Of a stretch of DNA of 64,000 nucleotides, positions 1 through 9,432 are shown one piece after another; position 1 is the stretch's first letter, and each line of letters begins with the position of its first letter. Both the position numbers and the translations under genes were made by a program. The notes beneath the pieces are model-generated. The model made no database searches and was not told the DNA's origin. It saw only the letters and a list, made by a program, of their open reading frames with translations. Source of the stretch: a virus; IMG/VR virus record IMGVR_UViG_3300045988_051499, one strand, 5' to 3'.

Positions 1-25
1 ATACTATGTCTAATTAAAACAATAC

Positions 26-250
26 TTACAACTCGCTTACTAATTTAATTACTAATTCTTTAAGGTGTTGTAACAATTCTTTCTTAGATTTCTCAGTAAT
101 ACAAAGACCCATTACGTCAGCTCTGTCTTCTAAGCAATCAATAAAAGAATCTATCTTAAACTTCCCTTCGTCAAATTGGATGGATTCTCCAAATGCGCTT
201 AGAATCTCTTCATCTGTAATTAATTCTGTTGTTGTAAATTCTACATTCAT
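26..250 (-). CDS. hypothetical protein
   Basis: 74-aa acidic ORF at the start of the co-directional minus-strand gene array; no motif recognised. Confidence 0.3.
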   Translation of the reverse strand: MNVEFTTTELITDEEILSAFGESIQFDEGKFKIDSFIDCLEDRADVMGLCITEKSKKELLQHLKELVIKLVSEL

Positions 251-252
251 AA

Positions 253-531
253 TTACTTGACGTTTGGTTCAACAAAAGATACTGGCTCATATAATTCCCA
301 CCCAGTTAGCCATATTGGAATGACTATAGTTTCTACAGCAATAACATCCCAAACAATGTTACCAATACACGCTTCATAGGTTACTCCCTCAATCTTCTTA
401 GTTTGATAGTTTGCCCAACCATAAGGTTCAGCTACAAACTTAGTTCCATCAGCTCTCTCAAAAGTCTTGCTGTCTGCACAAGAACTTAAAGCAATAATTG
501 CTATTAACAATAAACCAAATAATTTTTTCAT
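253..531 (-). CDS. putative lipoprotein
   Basis: N-terminal signal peptide ending in a lipobox-like LSSC (MKKLFGLLLIAIIALSSC). Confidence 0.4.
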   Translation of the reverse strand: MKKLFGLLLIAIIALSSCADSKTFERADGTKFVAEPYGWANYQTKKIEGVTYEACIGNIVWDVIAVETIVIPIWLTGWELYEPVSFVEPNVK

Positions 532-656
532 ACACTACTATATTTAATTAAAAATGATGCCCTAACTGCGCTCTCAGCATTACGCCTTGGACTGTAGGCA
601 CTGTTAGTAGGCCAAGGGGGCTCAGGTTTGGCATCACTACTATAGCCCCTTATTCG

Positions 657-2846
657 TTAATGAATCCAATGATCTGATACAGTAACATCTGCACCTAAAA
701 ATACATTAGGACAGAATGGTTTCCCTCCATCTATCATACATTTAACTAATACCTTAGATACTTCATCGGCAATAGATTCTGGGCATTCTAGATTAAACTC
801 GTCATGGACTGGAACACACATCTTAACAATGTTAAGAAGCTTATGCTCCTTAATCCAATTAAATAGTTTAATAGAGGAAAGTTTAAAACACATTGCTCCC
901 CTGTTCTGAATACGATAATTGATAGACTGCTTTTCAGATGCTGCTTTTCTCTGAAAATATCTCTTAACGTCTTGGACGGTATCACAGCCAGGAGAATCTC
1001 TCTTCATTTCTCTGTAATAATCCCAGAACTCTGGGTCATTGAACTTCTTAGAAATCCGCCAGAGGTCATCAATATCATATATATGTGCTCTATGCTTAGT
1101 TATAGGATTTAACAAAATATAACCATCCCTCATTACCGCCATTCTACAATAATCTTGATACTGTTTTACTCCAGGGAAACCCTTCATAAAGTTATCATAG
1201 ATTTCTTGAGCTTCTGACAACGGTAGACCCTTGTTATTAGCTATAGTATTTGCATCGCCTCCATAATTGATGGCAAATTCAATACCTTTAGCATCCTGTC
1301 TTTGGGCATGATATAATTTAGCTATATCCTCTATAGGGCAGTCTCTAGGGATAATATTCGGATAAGACATTTTAGCTACTAGACTATGAACATCCCCACA
1401 GCCATGTTCAAATAGTTCAATCATAGCCTCGTCCTTAGATACAGAAGCAATGATTCTACTTTCTTGAGACTGATAATCCGCAGAAATCCACTTATTACCT
1501 TTCTCTGCAGTAAAACATGCTCTAGTTTCCTTGTCATGAGGTAAATTCTGTAGATTAAGTTTATATACTCCTCCTCCAGAACTTACTCTAGCTGTATCAG
1601 CTCCTAGTGAGTGAAAATCTACATGGATTCTTCCAGTCTTAGGGTTAATTGCCTTCAACCAGTTTTCCCCATAAGTAGAAACCACTTTTGCAGCTTCCTG
1701 ATATTTTAGATAGATAGGAATAATCGGGAAATCTTTAGCCTGTGGAGCTAGAAGCTTAGCTTCAACAGATTTCTTTTCCTTCTTAGTTTGCTTATCAAAT
1801 GTCTTGACTTTAATTCCTAATAATTCAAATAACTTGATAACTTGTTGAGAGCTACTCCAGTTAATTGTGCACTTAGGCTTGGTATCAAAGCCATTAAATA
1901 AATCACCTTGATTATCTACCTTAGTAAATTGACTTATTACTCTTTTTCTATAAGCTTTAACCTTTCCGTCTGGTGTTTCAAGGTCTTCCTGAGGGCATCG
2001 GACATATTTCTCTTTTAGCAGTCTAGCTACTTCATCCTCTATTTCCATAAGATTATAAAATTCCAGTTCTGGGTATTTAATATCCCATCCATCATGCTCA
2101 TGTCTCTTTTCAGAATCCCATTGAACTACCCAATCGTTTAGTTCTTGCTCAGCATCCTTCAGCTTAACAAGGTCTTTAGCCATCTTATTTCTCCATTTTA
2201 CGACATCTAGATGAACACCGCAATGCTTGAAATAAGCAAGACTCTTGATAAACTCACACTCAAGTTTCATAGCAAGATTTAATTCTTGCTTAGCAAGCTC
2301 TATTTCTTGTTTTTCTTTAATGTCTTCTAGCCACATTACGTCTCCTGCAGCATAGACTACTACATCTTCAGTAAGACCATCATTTATAATCTTACCTCGA
2401 ACAGATTTATCTAAGTCATAGTTTAGATAATTCCATGCAGCTGCTTTCAAACTCATTTCTCTTATATTAGCTGGATAGCCTAACCAAAGTAATTTCTCGG
2501 CAATCATACCATCCCAGATATAATTTGGCCAAATATCCTGCACATATAAAAACCCTAAGTCAAACATTAAATTCCATCCAAGAAATACTCTATCAGACTC
2601 AAAATAATTCTTTATCTCAGCTTTCTCTTCTGCTGACATAGTTGTCCAGTCAAAGACAACTTGATTTTCTTTGCAACCTAGTTGCACAGTTAGTAACTCC
2701 TTAGTATGCGCATCTAATCCCTTAGTTTCAGTATCAAATTGAACTAAAGAAAGAGGCAACAATATTTTCATTGCCTCCTCGAAACTTACTTCTTTGTATT
2801 TTGTAGACACAAATAAAGTTTTATTCCGACTTACTAAATAAATCAT
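657..2846 (-). CDS. polA: DNA polymerase I family A with 3'-5' exonuclease domain
   Basis: 729 aa; N-terminal exo motif FDTETKGLD; Pol A motif A (ISADYQSQESRI), motif B (RQDAKGIEFAINYGG), motif C (VHDEFNLE). Confidence 0.85.
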   Translation of the reverse strand: MIYLVSRNKTLFVSTKYKEVSFEEAMKILLPLSLVQFDTETKGLDAHTKELLTVQLGCKENQVVFDWTTMSAEEKAEIKNYFESDRVFLGWNLMFDLGFLYVQDIWPNYIWDGMIAEKLLWLGYPANIREMSLKAAAWNYLNYDLDKSVRGKIINDGLTEDVVVYAAGDVMWLEDIKEKQEIELAKQELNLAMKLECEFIKSLAYFKHCGVHLDVVKWRNKMAKDLVKLKDAEQELNDWVVQWDSEKRHEHDGWDIKYPELEFYNLMEIEDEVARLLKEKYVRCPQEDLETPDGKVKAYRKRVISQFTKVDNQGDLFNGFDTKPKCTINWSSSQQVIKLFELLGIKVKTFDKQTKKEKKSVEAKLLAPQAKDFPIIPIYLKYQEAAKVVSTYGENWLKAINPKTGRIHVDFHSLGADTARVSSGGGVYKLNLQNLPHDKETRACFTAEKGNKWISADYQSQESRIIASVSKDEAMIELFEHGCGDVHSLVAKMSYPNIIPRDCPIEDIAKLYHAQRQDAKGIEFAINYGGDANTIANNKGLPLSEAQEIYDNFMKGFPGVKQYQDYCRMAVMRDGYILLNPITKHRAHIYDIDDLWRISKKFNDPEFWDYYREMKRDSPGCDTVQDVKRYFQRKAASEKQSINYRIQNRGAMCFKLSSIKLFNWIKEHKLLNIVKMCVPVHDEFNLECPESIADEVSKVLVKCMIDGGKPFCPNVFLGADVTVSDHWIH

Positions 2847-3081
2847 GTTGATAGATTTCGATGTTATTTATTTCAACATCTTTGGATTTGAACCTATTAT
2901 AAATAGCTTCTTCAACTGCACCTTTAATATCATCTTCATCTATTACTTCTACATCTACGAATAACCCTAATTCAACTCCTACTTCTACCTTAACCTTAGT
3001 AGGTAGTGGTTCATTGTAAGGTGCTCTAGGGTCATTAGCTGCACCCATTGGATAGTTATCTAAAGTCGTCATATGGGTCAT
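2821..3081 (-). CDS. hypothetical protein
   Basis: 86-aa ORF overlapping polA stop by 26 nt, typical phage packing. Confidence 0.3.
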   Translation of the reverse strand: MTHMTTLDNYPMGAANDPRAPYNEPLPTKVKVEVGVELGLFVDVEVIDEDDIKGAVEEAIYNRFKSKDVEINNIEIYQHDLFSKSE

Positions 3082-3379
3082 AAGTTAAAGGATCAACTAC
3101 TTCCCAATCATCTGCGTTTATATCTTCACCATCAAAAGGATAGTAAGTACAAGTCCTATCAGAAAAGTCATACATGATAAACTGGTCATGGTATGTAATA
3201 CCTACACCGTAACTACACATAAGAGCTTTCATATCATCAGGGATAGAACGCATAGCAGGTATTCCATCTCCAGAAATCATTGCAGGTATCTGCATAAATA
3301 TCACCAGATTGCTCTGAAATACTTTCCTTCTTACTACTTTTCCCTCTTGTAACTTAGACAATATTTCTCCGAATTTCAT
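3056..3379 (-). CDS. hypothetical protein
   Basis: 107-aa ORF in array. Confidence 0.3.
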   Translation of the reverse strand: MKFGEILSKLQEGKVVRRKVFQSNLVIFMQIPAMISGDGIPAMRSIPDDMKALMCSYGVGITYHDQFIMYDFSDRTCTYYPFDGEDINADDWEVVDPLTYDPYDDFR

Positions 3380-4224
3380 TACATTAAATTTTTAAGTTGA
3401 TTAGAAAATCTACGTCTTAATTTAGCTAAAGCTCCCTCCTTCATCTGTCTTATTCTTTCTCCTCCAACACCGTACATATCAGCTATAATTTTAGGATTGA
3501 CCGGAGCCATTCCTATACCAAATAGCATACAGATTAAATCATGCTCTCTAATTGTTAATTTAGAAAGTAGATTCTCTAGCTCTTTAGTTACATAGCTTTT
3601 ATTTACTTGTTCGTCAAGGGGATCTTCACCATCTGGAATAATATCACAGACTTGACTGTTTTCTTCATCTCCTCCTATGAAATCGTCCACAGAAACTAAC
3701 TTATTAGAAAACTGTGCTAGATAGTCAATTTGCTCCCTAGGAATATCAGTCATTTCTGATATTTCTTCGGAACTTGGATTTCTATCATGCGATTGCAAGA
3801 ATTTATTAGTTGCATCGAGTATACTTATTACCAATAATTGCTGAGACATTGGAAGACGAATTTCTCGTGCTTGCCAATATATAGAATTATAGATACTTTG
3901 TCTAATCCACCATACAGCATATGACAAGAATGTAACTCCTCTTTCTGGGTCAAACTTATCAATAGCTTTCATTAATCCTTCATTTCCACTAGAGATTAAA
4001 TCCATTAAAGGGATACCTCTATTCTGAAATTGCTTGGCGATAGTCACAACAAACCTAAGATTTGATTTTATGACTTGTTCTCTAGCAACATCATCTCCTT
4101 TTTGAGCCTCACAAATGAGACGAGTTACCTCAGTACTATCTAAGATCTTATATTTAGATATATCCCTGAGATAACTCGTCAACAGTGAGTCAGAACGGTC
4201 TGTGAAAATGATTTTTTTACTCAC
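3379..4224 (-). CDS. sigma-70 family RNA polymerase sigma factor
   Basis: region 2-like VTIAKQFQNRGIPLMDLISSGNEGLMKAIDKFDPERGVTFLSYAVWWIRQSI and region 4-like HTH ...ADMYGVGGERIRQMKEGALAKLRR. Confidence 0.65.
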   Translation of the reverse strand: MSKKIIFTDRSDSLLTSYLRDISKYKILDSTEVTRLICEAQKGDDVAREQVIKSNLRFVVTIAKQFQNRGIPLMDLISSGNEGLMKAIDKFDPERGVTFLSYAVWWIRQSIYNSIYWQAREIRLPMSQQLLVISILDATNKFLQSHDRNPSSEEISEMTDIPREQIDYLAQFSNKLVSVDDFIGGDEENSQVCDIIPDGEDPLDEQVNKSYVTKELENLLSKLTIREHDLICMLFGIGMAPVNPKIIADMYGVGGERIRQMKEGALAKLRRRFSNQLKNLM

Positions 4225-4459
4225 CTTCTTTTACAACCTGGGCTTCTGAAATTTCATCTTTAGGAGCATTAAGACCAATACGAATAGATAGTACTGATAT
4301 ATATGCTTCCATTGCTTTTAGTTGGGCGACTAGTAAGTCTTTATTAAGGCTGTCAACCTCCTTGAACTTATCCCCTAGGATAAAATCTCTGAGCTTAACA
4401 GCACGTTCATTAACTTCGTTAAATTCTCCCAACATTCTTTGAAATACAGCTTGTTCCAT
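4217..4459 (-). CDS. hypothetical protein
   Basis: 80-aa ORF in array. Confidence 0.3.
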   Translation of the reverse strand: MEQAVFQRMLGEFNEVNERAVKLRDFILGDKFKEVDSLNKDLLVAQLKAMEAYISVLSIRIGLNAPKDEISEAQVVKEGE

Positions 4460-4470
4460 TTGATTAATTT

Positions 4471-4683
4471 TTAATATTTACAAATGAATCTAGACCCGTA
4501 GGTTTCAAGGAAGTCCTTTTCTTCCTGTATTATCTCATAAATTCCAACTGTTACTAATGACAATACTAATCCTCCAAATATATAGACCAGAATAGTATTA
4601 AATATCCAAATATAAAGGTTCATAATTAATATCGTAAGAGTCATCGAGAATAGATACATTGGCGGTCTTTGTCTCACCTGCAT
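4471..4683 (-). CDS. possible small membrane protein
   Basis: 70 aa with two hydrophobic helices but overlaps the next gene by 86 nt, so doubtful. Confidence 0.2.
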   Translation of the reverse strand: MQVRQRPPMYLFSMTLTILIMNLYIWIFNTILVYIFGGLVLSLVTVGIYEIIQEEKDFLETYGSRFICKY

Positions 4684-5293
4684 CTAGTAGCCAATGATTT
4701 CCTTCGTGGATATGTCCACAAAAAGCATACTTTGGTTTCTTATCTATAATAGCCTTAGCCAAGACCTCATTTCCTGCATTTATAGGAGTAGAACTCCACC
4801 TACCAGGCGGAATCATACCACAATCATTTAATGCGGGAGCATCATGACTAATCAATATATCGCAATTTCCTGGGATATGTGAATAGATTTCTTCTAGTTT
4901 CTCATCAGAATACATGAAAGCCCAATTACCAAATTCATGGCAGGCCGGAGTTCCATAAATTCTATATACCTTTCCTTCATCACTTAGATAGTCTAGATGA
5001 GAATTATCAAGAAATTCAGCTTTTCCTTCTGTAGGAAATTTAATCACAGAGTTATTCCAGAGAAAATCCCTATTTTCAAAAACAAAATCATGGTTTCCAG
5101 CTGTAAATATTACTTTCTTACACGGCAATGATTTAATCCAATCTGCAAATACAGTCTTCAACCACTTCTCACACTGTGGCTTGTTTCTCTGCATATAAAG
5201 AGGAACAATATCTCCACATATTAAAACAAGTTCACATGGCTCTATATAATCAATTAGAAATCCATGTAAATCACTTATTGCACATATTTTCAT
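4598..5293 (-). CDS. calcineurin-like metallophosphoesterase
   Basis: MKICAISDLHG ... GDIV ... GNHDF ... GHIHEG phosphoesterase motifs. Confidence 0.6.
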   Translation of the reverse strand: MKICAISDLHGFLIDYIEPCELVLICGDIVPLYMQRNKPQCEKWLKTVFADWIKSLPCKKVIFTAGNHDFVFENRDFLWNNSVIKFPTEGKAEFLDNSHLDYLSDEGKVYRIYGTPACHEFGNWAFMYSDEKLEEIYSHIPGNCDILISHDAPALNDCGMIPPGRWSSTPINAGNEVLAKAIIDKKPKYAFCGHIHEGNHWLLDAGETKTANVSILDDSYDINYEPLYLDI

Positions 5294-5586
5294 ATCTTAT
5301 GAGCTAATCCGTAAACATTTTTAGTCCATCCATTCATATGCCCTTTGTTATTTCCAATAAGGCATCCTTTGTTTGAGTCTATCGCGTATACTTTATGAGT
5401 AACGCAAGCTCCTCTAACTTTACAAAATACTACATCTCCAACATTACATTCTTGCCACCTTATAGGAGTGACAAGATGCTTTTCATTGCTCTTATACAGA
5501 GGGAGCATTGAATTTCCTGGCTCGCTTGTTATAAACGATTCACCAGCCTCCAATCTCTGTATCTTTCTCAGTGTGTTTGGATTCAT
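5290..5586 (-). CDS. S24/S26-like peptidase domain protein
   Basis: GNSMLP motif resembling the GDSMxP catalytic Ser motif of LexA/signal-peptidase fold; 98 aa. Confidence 0.35.
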   Translation of the reverse strand: MNPNTLRKIQRLEAGESFITSEPGNSMLPLYKSNEKHLVTPIRWQECNVGDVVFCKVRGACVTHKVYAIDSNKGCLIGNNKGHMNGWTKNVYGLAHKI

Positions 5587-6139
5587 CAGAATATTTATTT
5601 AGTCCTTCTCTAGTCATATTAGGTACTATACTAATATAAACCTTTTCACCATCACGGTCATACGACCATATATGATTGTCTACTACATAGCTTAGAGATT
5701 TATCATATCTAGTATAGTCTAGAATAGCTTCCCAAGTAGCCATGCTGCCAGTAATACTATCCTTTTTATGTTTAGTAGCCCAGTTAAATATCCATAATAA
5801 ATGCCAAGTTCTGAAAAATGTTATACAAATCATCGGGTCCCATTCGTGTCTGGGACTGTCCCATTTATCCTTCCATCCTAATGCATGAAATCCTATATCT
5901 ATCACTGGACTATAGTAGTCTCTTCTTATGGGAAGTCCAAATGTCCAAAAGTTCTTTCTAAATAGAAAGTGGGCCTTGGGACGTTTAAAGTATTTTCTGG
6001 CTTTCCACCAGTGATACCATGGATTACGATACTCGTTCCAGCCAGGAGAAAGGAAAGGAATCTTACTATGAAAAAAGTACGACAGCTTGTAACGCAAACT
6101 GCCATACTTTTTACTAGTTAAATATTCTTTAACATTCAT
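5540..6139 (-). CDS. hypothetical protein (Trp-rich)
   Basis: 199-aa ORF; no motif recognised. Confidence 0.35.
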   Translation of the reverse strand: MNVKEYLTSKKYGSLRYKLSYFFHSKIPFLSPGWNEYRNPWYHWWKARKYFKRPKAHFLFRKNFWTFGLPIRRDYYSPVIDIGFHALGWKDKWDSPRHEWDPMICITFFRTWHLLWIFNWATKHKKDSITGSMATWEAILDYTRYDKSLSYVVDNHIWSYDRDGEKVYISIVPNMTREGLNKYSDESKHTEKDTEIGGW

Positions 6140-6392
6140 ATCCTCGTTTTGCTAGCTCTTTCTCCATTTCGTCTAAAATATCATCAATGATACAGTCAGT
6201 TAGACAATCAGAGTCAGGAAAGCCTAAGTTCCGCAGATGATAATCTATGTTATCTCCTACTTCATTAAGTATCATCCAACCTTCGATTTTCTCCTCTCCA
6301 TCTCTTATAAGTGTGCATATCACTTGGTCGATTAACTTAGGGATATTCACATCGTAGTTCTTAACTACCTCTACATTATAACTTATTATCAT
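6129..6392 (-). CDS. hypothetical protein
   Basis: 87-aa acidic ORF. Confidence 0.3.
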   Translation of the reverse strand: MIISYNVEVVKNYDVNIPKLIDQVICTLIRDGEEKIEGWMILNEVGDNIDYHLRNLGFPDSDCLTDCIIDDILDEMEKELAKRGYEC

Positions 6393-7756
6393 GCTTCGTC
6401 TTCAATATTAGTTTCACCTTTGTCAAGTTCCTTTCCTTCCTTATCTAGGAATTTAAAACATTTAAGCTTAAATGCCTCAGATTTCATATTCTCAATCTTA
6501 ATAACTATTCCCTCATGAGGTACTTTGTTATCGCAAGATGGCGAAGTTCGCTCCATATAGAATCTAGCGTCGTTAGCTAATTTCTCCATGAAATTTTCGT
6601 TCCAGTGCTCAGCTTCGTTAAGTTCTGGATATAAGCTATTGGCAGTACCATAATACCACTCTTCTACTGGGATAAGACCTACCTTAGCACACCATTGTTG
6701 AACTTCCCTAGCACTAAATTCGTGAACTACACCATCAACATTAGTTAATGTTACACGATATATTCGCACTTTAAAGTGCTTTTCGTGAGTATACTGTTCT
6801 CCTTCTTTAGGAGGCATACAGCCATAGTCATAATTCTTTTGGATATAGCCACCATTAGGTAAGAAACCAACGATTTCATAATATGCAGTCATACCTTTAG
6901 ACAAGCAAGGTTTAACTATTTTATCAGCTTCCGCCCAAACGTCACACCCGTAGAATCCAGGAGTAACATTCTTATTATAGAACTGATTCTTTATTACCGT
7001 TCTAGAAGCATACAAATAGTCATACTTATTGAACTCTTCTCCAGTAAGCCATTTAGCGATTTTCTGTTTCCAGTTCAGGTCTTGTTTACAAAGCACATAA
7101 GCTGATATACCAGAAGTTCCGTGAATTTTCTCAGTAATACTGATTAAATCATTTGGATGAATTACATTAGGACATTTCTTAATAAGAGTTGTGTCGTAGT
7201 GGAATCTAAATTGTTCATCAATGACCTTGCTGATTCCTTTGACCTTCTTCGTTTGGTTGTTACGTGGTGTGCCACCTTGTCCTTGCTGTCTCTTGGGAAT
7301 GTACTTTTTGTTAATCCAAAATTCTTTGCCTTCATGTTCTACAATATCAAATTCAATACCTGCCTCAACTTCAATCTCCTTATTAGTTACAGACATTATA
7401 TAGTTCTGAAACTGGACTACCGGAAGAATAAAGCCTTCAGATAGCTCATTCTTTAATCTGATAGCTTTTACTCTACCATTATCCTCAAACATACCAGTTT
7501 GTTCTGGGTCATTGTTTAATTCTTTATGACGATAAAGATTACAATATCTCAGAAAATCTGGATTTATACAACAAGCTGTTGGAAAATATACATATAGTCC
7601 TGGCTGAGAATCAATCCCAGTAATGATATTGAAACCATCAATGGTACAACACTTAAGTCTAGTTACTTCTGGGTTACTGTGTTGTCTAAAATTCTTAATT
7701 TCTACAATCTTTGCCAAATAATTGACATTGGCTTTCTTACTTTTTGATAACTTCAT
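6389..7756 (-). CDS. RNA ligase (Rnl2-like nucleotidyltransferase)
   Basis: motif I EKIHGTS matches the T4 Rnl2 lysine-adenylate motif EKIHGTN; 455 aa with extra N-terminal domain. Confidence 0.55.
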   Translation of the reverse strand: MKLSKSKKANVNYLAKIVEIKNFRQHSNPEVTRLKCCTIDGFNIITGIDSQPGLYVYFPTACCINPDFLRYCNLYRHKELNNDPEQTGMFEDNGRVKAIRLKNELSEGFILPVVQFQNYIMSVTNKEIEVEAGIEFDIVEHEGKEFWINKKYIPKRQQGQGGTPRNNQTKKVKGISKVIDEQFRFHYDTTLIKKCPNVIHPNDLISITEKIHGTSGISAYVLCKQDLNWKQKIAKWLTGEEFNKYDYLYASRTVIKNQFYNKNVTPGFYGCDVWAEADKIVKPCLSKGMTAYYEIVGFLPNGGYIQKNYDYGCMPPKEGEQYTHEKHFKVRIYRVTLTNVDGVVHEFSAREVQQWCAKVGLIPVEEWYYGTANSLYPELNEAEHWNENFMEKLANDARFYMERTSPSCDNKVPHEGIVIKIENMKSEAFKLKCFKFLDKEGKELDKGETNIEDEA

Positions 7757-7767
7757 TTCTTATATTT

Positions 7768-8094
7768 TTAAAATGGTTCTTCAGTAGTTTCTATAAATTC
7801 ACACATAAAGTTAGCATATACTTGAGCCTGAATCTCATTAAATTCATTATTGTAATAGAACTGGAAAACATGAAACAGCTCATGATAAAATGTATTCCTA
7901 AGCTGTTCATCACTCATAGAGACGTTTCCTTCATATTCAGACTTTACTGTTCTCGCTAATTTAATAGTGTTAGTAGCATCACAGAAATAACCGTAATCGT
8001 TATTTGGAAGAGAATCTTCTATGATTACGGTTATTTCTTGATTAGCTATTTTAAACTTGTCTGGGAGCTTTCCTCCATTATTCAATTTCATCAT
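7768..8094 (-). CDS. hypothetical protein with HExxH motif
   Basis: HELFH possible zincin-like metallopeptidase motif; 108 aa. Confidence 0.3.
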   Translation of the reverse strand: MMKLNNGGKLPDKFKIANQEITVIIEDSLPNNDYGYFCDATNTIKLARTVKSEYEGNVSMSDEQLRNTFYHELFHVFQFYYNNEFNEIQAQVYANFMCEFIETTEEPF

Positions 8095-8569
8095 AATACA
8101 GTTTGTACAGACTATTTAAATAATCCACAAACTCCTGTTTGTTTTCAAAAAGATTATCTACATCAGGAAGCTCTACCTTATTCTTTCTTCCATCGTTGTC
8201 ATAATATTCTATACGTATCTGAGATACGCTATGGCACATGATATCACACATTCCAGCGAATATCAGAATATCATTTTCAGATAGATACTCCGACAACCAA
8301 GGAAAATCTTTGTTTTCATCTACATGGTGCCCATATCCTGCAGAGTTCCATCCTTTCTCAGAAAATCTTCCGGAATACTTACTAACATATGATAAAACCA
8401 ATAGGAGAAGTTCGTCTTCTTCAAACGATTCTTTATCAAATTCAATAGTATCTCTCATGTAATCACCATCGTTTGCATCGCACTCCACATATACTATATA
8501 CAATTCCCTATTATTCGGAATAATGGAGTATTTAGCTTTCTTCAAAATATCAAACTTTTTGTATTTCAT
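8078..8569 (-). CDS. hypothetical protein
   Basis: 163-aa ORF. Confidence 0.35.
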   Translation of the reverse strand: MKYKKFDILKKAKYSIIPNNRELYIVYVECDANDGDYMRDTIEFDKESFEEDELLLLVLSYVSKYSGRFSEKGWNSAGYGHHVDENKDFPWLSEYLSENDILIFAGMCDIMCHSVSQIRIEYYDNDGRKNKVELPDVDNLFENKQEFVDYLNSLYKLYYDEIE

Positions 8570-8784
8570 CGAGTATCAAGTACAATAAAATTATCACACA
8601 TTTTTATAACATTCACTCTTATTCCTCCTTTTAAAGCTCGTGTATCACACACTTCATACTTTTCTTCTAGGAGAGAGGCGTCTTCTTTAGTAATCTTTAC
8701 CCAATAGACACCATTTTTCTGTTTAGAACCATTCCATATCAGATGCTTTACTAGCCAGATATAGCGCTTCTCTACATCATTCAT
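8566..8784 (-). CDS. hypothetical protein
   Basis: 72-aa ORF. Confidence 0.3.
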   Translation of the reverse strand: MNDVEKRYIWLVKHLIWNGSKQKNGVYWVKITKEDASLLEEKYEVCDTRALKGGIRVNVIKMCDNFIVLDTR

Positions 8785-9430
8785 TGTTAATAATAGATTT
8801 ATAGATTTTCTCAGACTCCTTTAGGAACAACTCTGATATGTTTTCGTCAGTAGTAAATTCCTCCATAAAGATTCTTCCGAATTTTATATTGATAATATTC
8901 ATAGAAGCCATAGCTTCTCCATAAACCCAATCCTTGAAACATACATTACTAGCTTCTATTCCAGTATATGTAAGTTTCCTGAGCATACATATAGAGCATA
9001 TTTTCTTACACTCTTTTCCTATCTCTACTAATTCAGTTAATTCATCAGGACTAGCCTCTCCTATATCTCCAATCTTACTTAAATAGGCTGAAAATTTGGA
9101 TTCTGACTCTCTGTCCTTGTAATACACAACAGAGTATACCCCACTAAATCGTGGGGCAGATTCTATGTCTAGAACAGCTATTTCAGAATCAGTAATAAAT
9201 ACATCGTCTATGTAATTAAAATAGACATTTCCTAGAAGGGTAGAATCTTCAAACTCAGTTGGGCATAACATTGCATATGCCTTTGTCCAGGTTTCCTCTT
9301 CTATATCCTGAACCTTGTGAGACGTATTAATCATTCCTATTTCGTATAAACTACACTCATCTGGAACTTGTAATTCCATATCGGCATAGTTACCTCCATA
9401 GTAATACTGTCTGTAGTTAATCTTTTTCAT
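8777..9430 (-). CDS. hypothetical protein
   Basis: 217-aa ORF. Confidence 0.35.
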   Translation of the reverse strand: MKKINYRQYYYGGNYADMELQVPDECSLYEIGMINTSHKVQDIEEETWTKAYAMLCPTEFEDSTLLGNVYFNYIDDVFITDSEIAVLDIESAPRFSGVYSVVYYKDRESESKFSAYLSKIGDIGEASPDELTELVEIGKECKKICSICMLRKLTYTGIEASNVCFKDWVYGEAMASMNIINIKFGRIFMEEFTTDENISELFLKESEKIYKSIINNE

Positions 9431-9432
9431 TT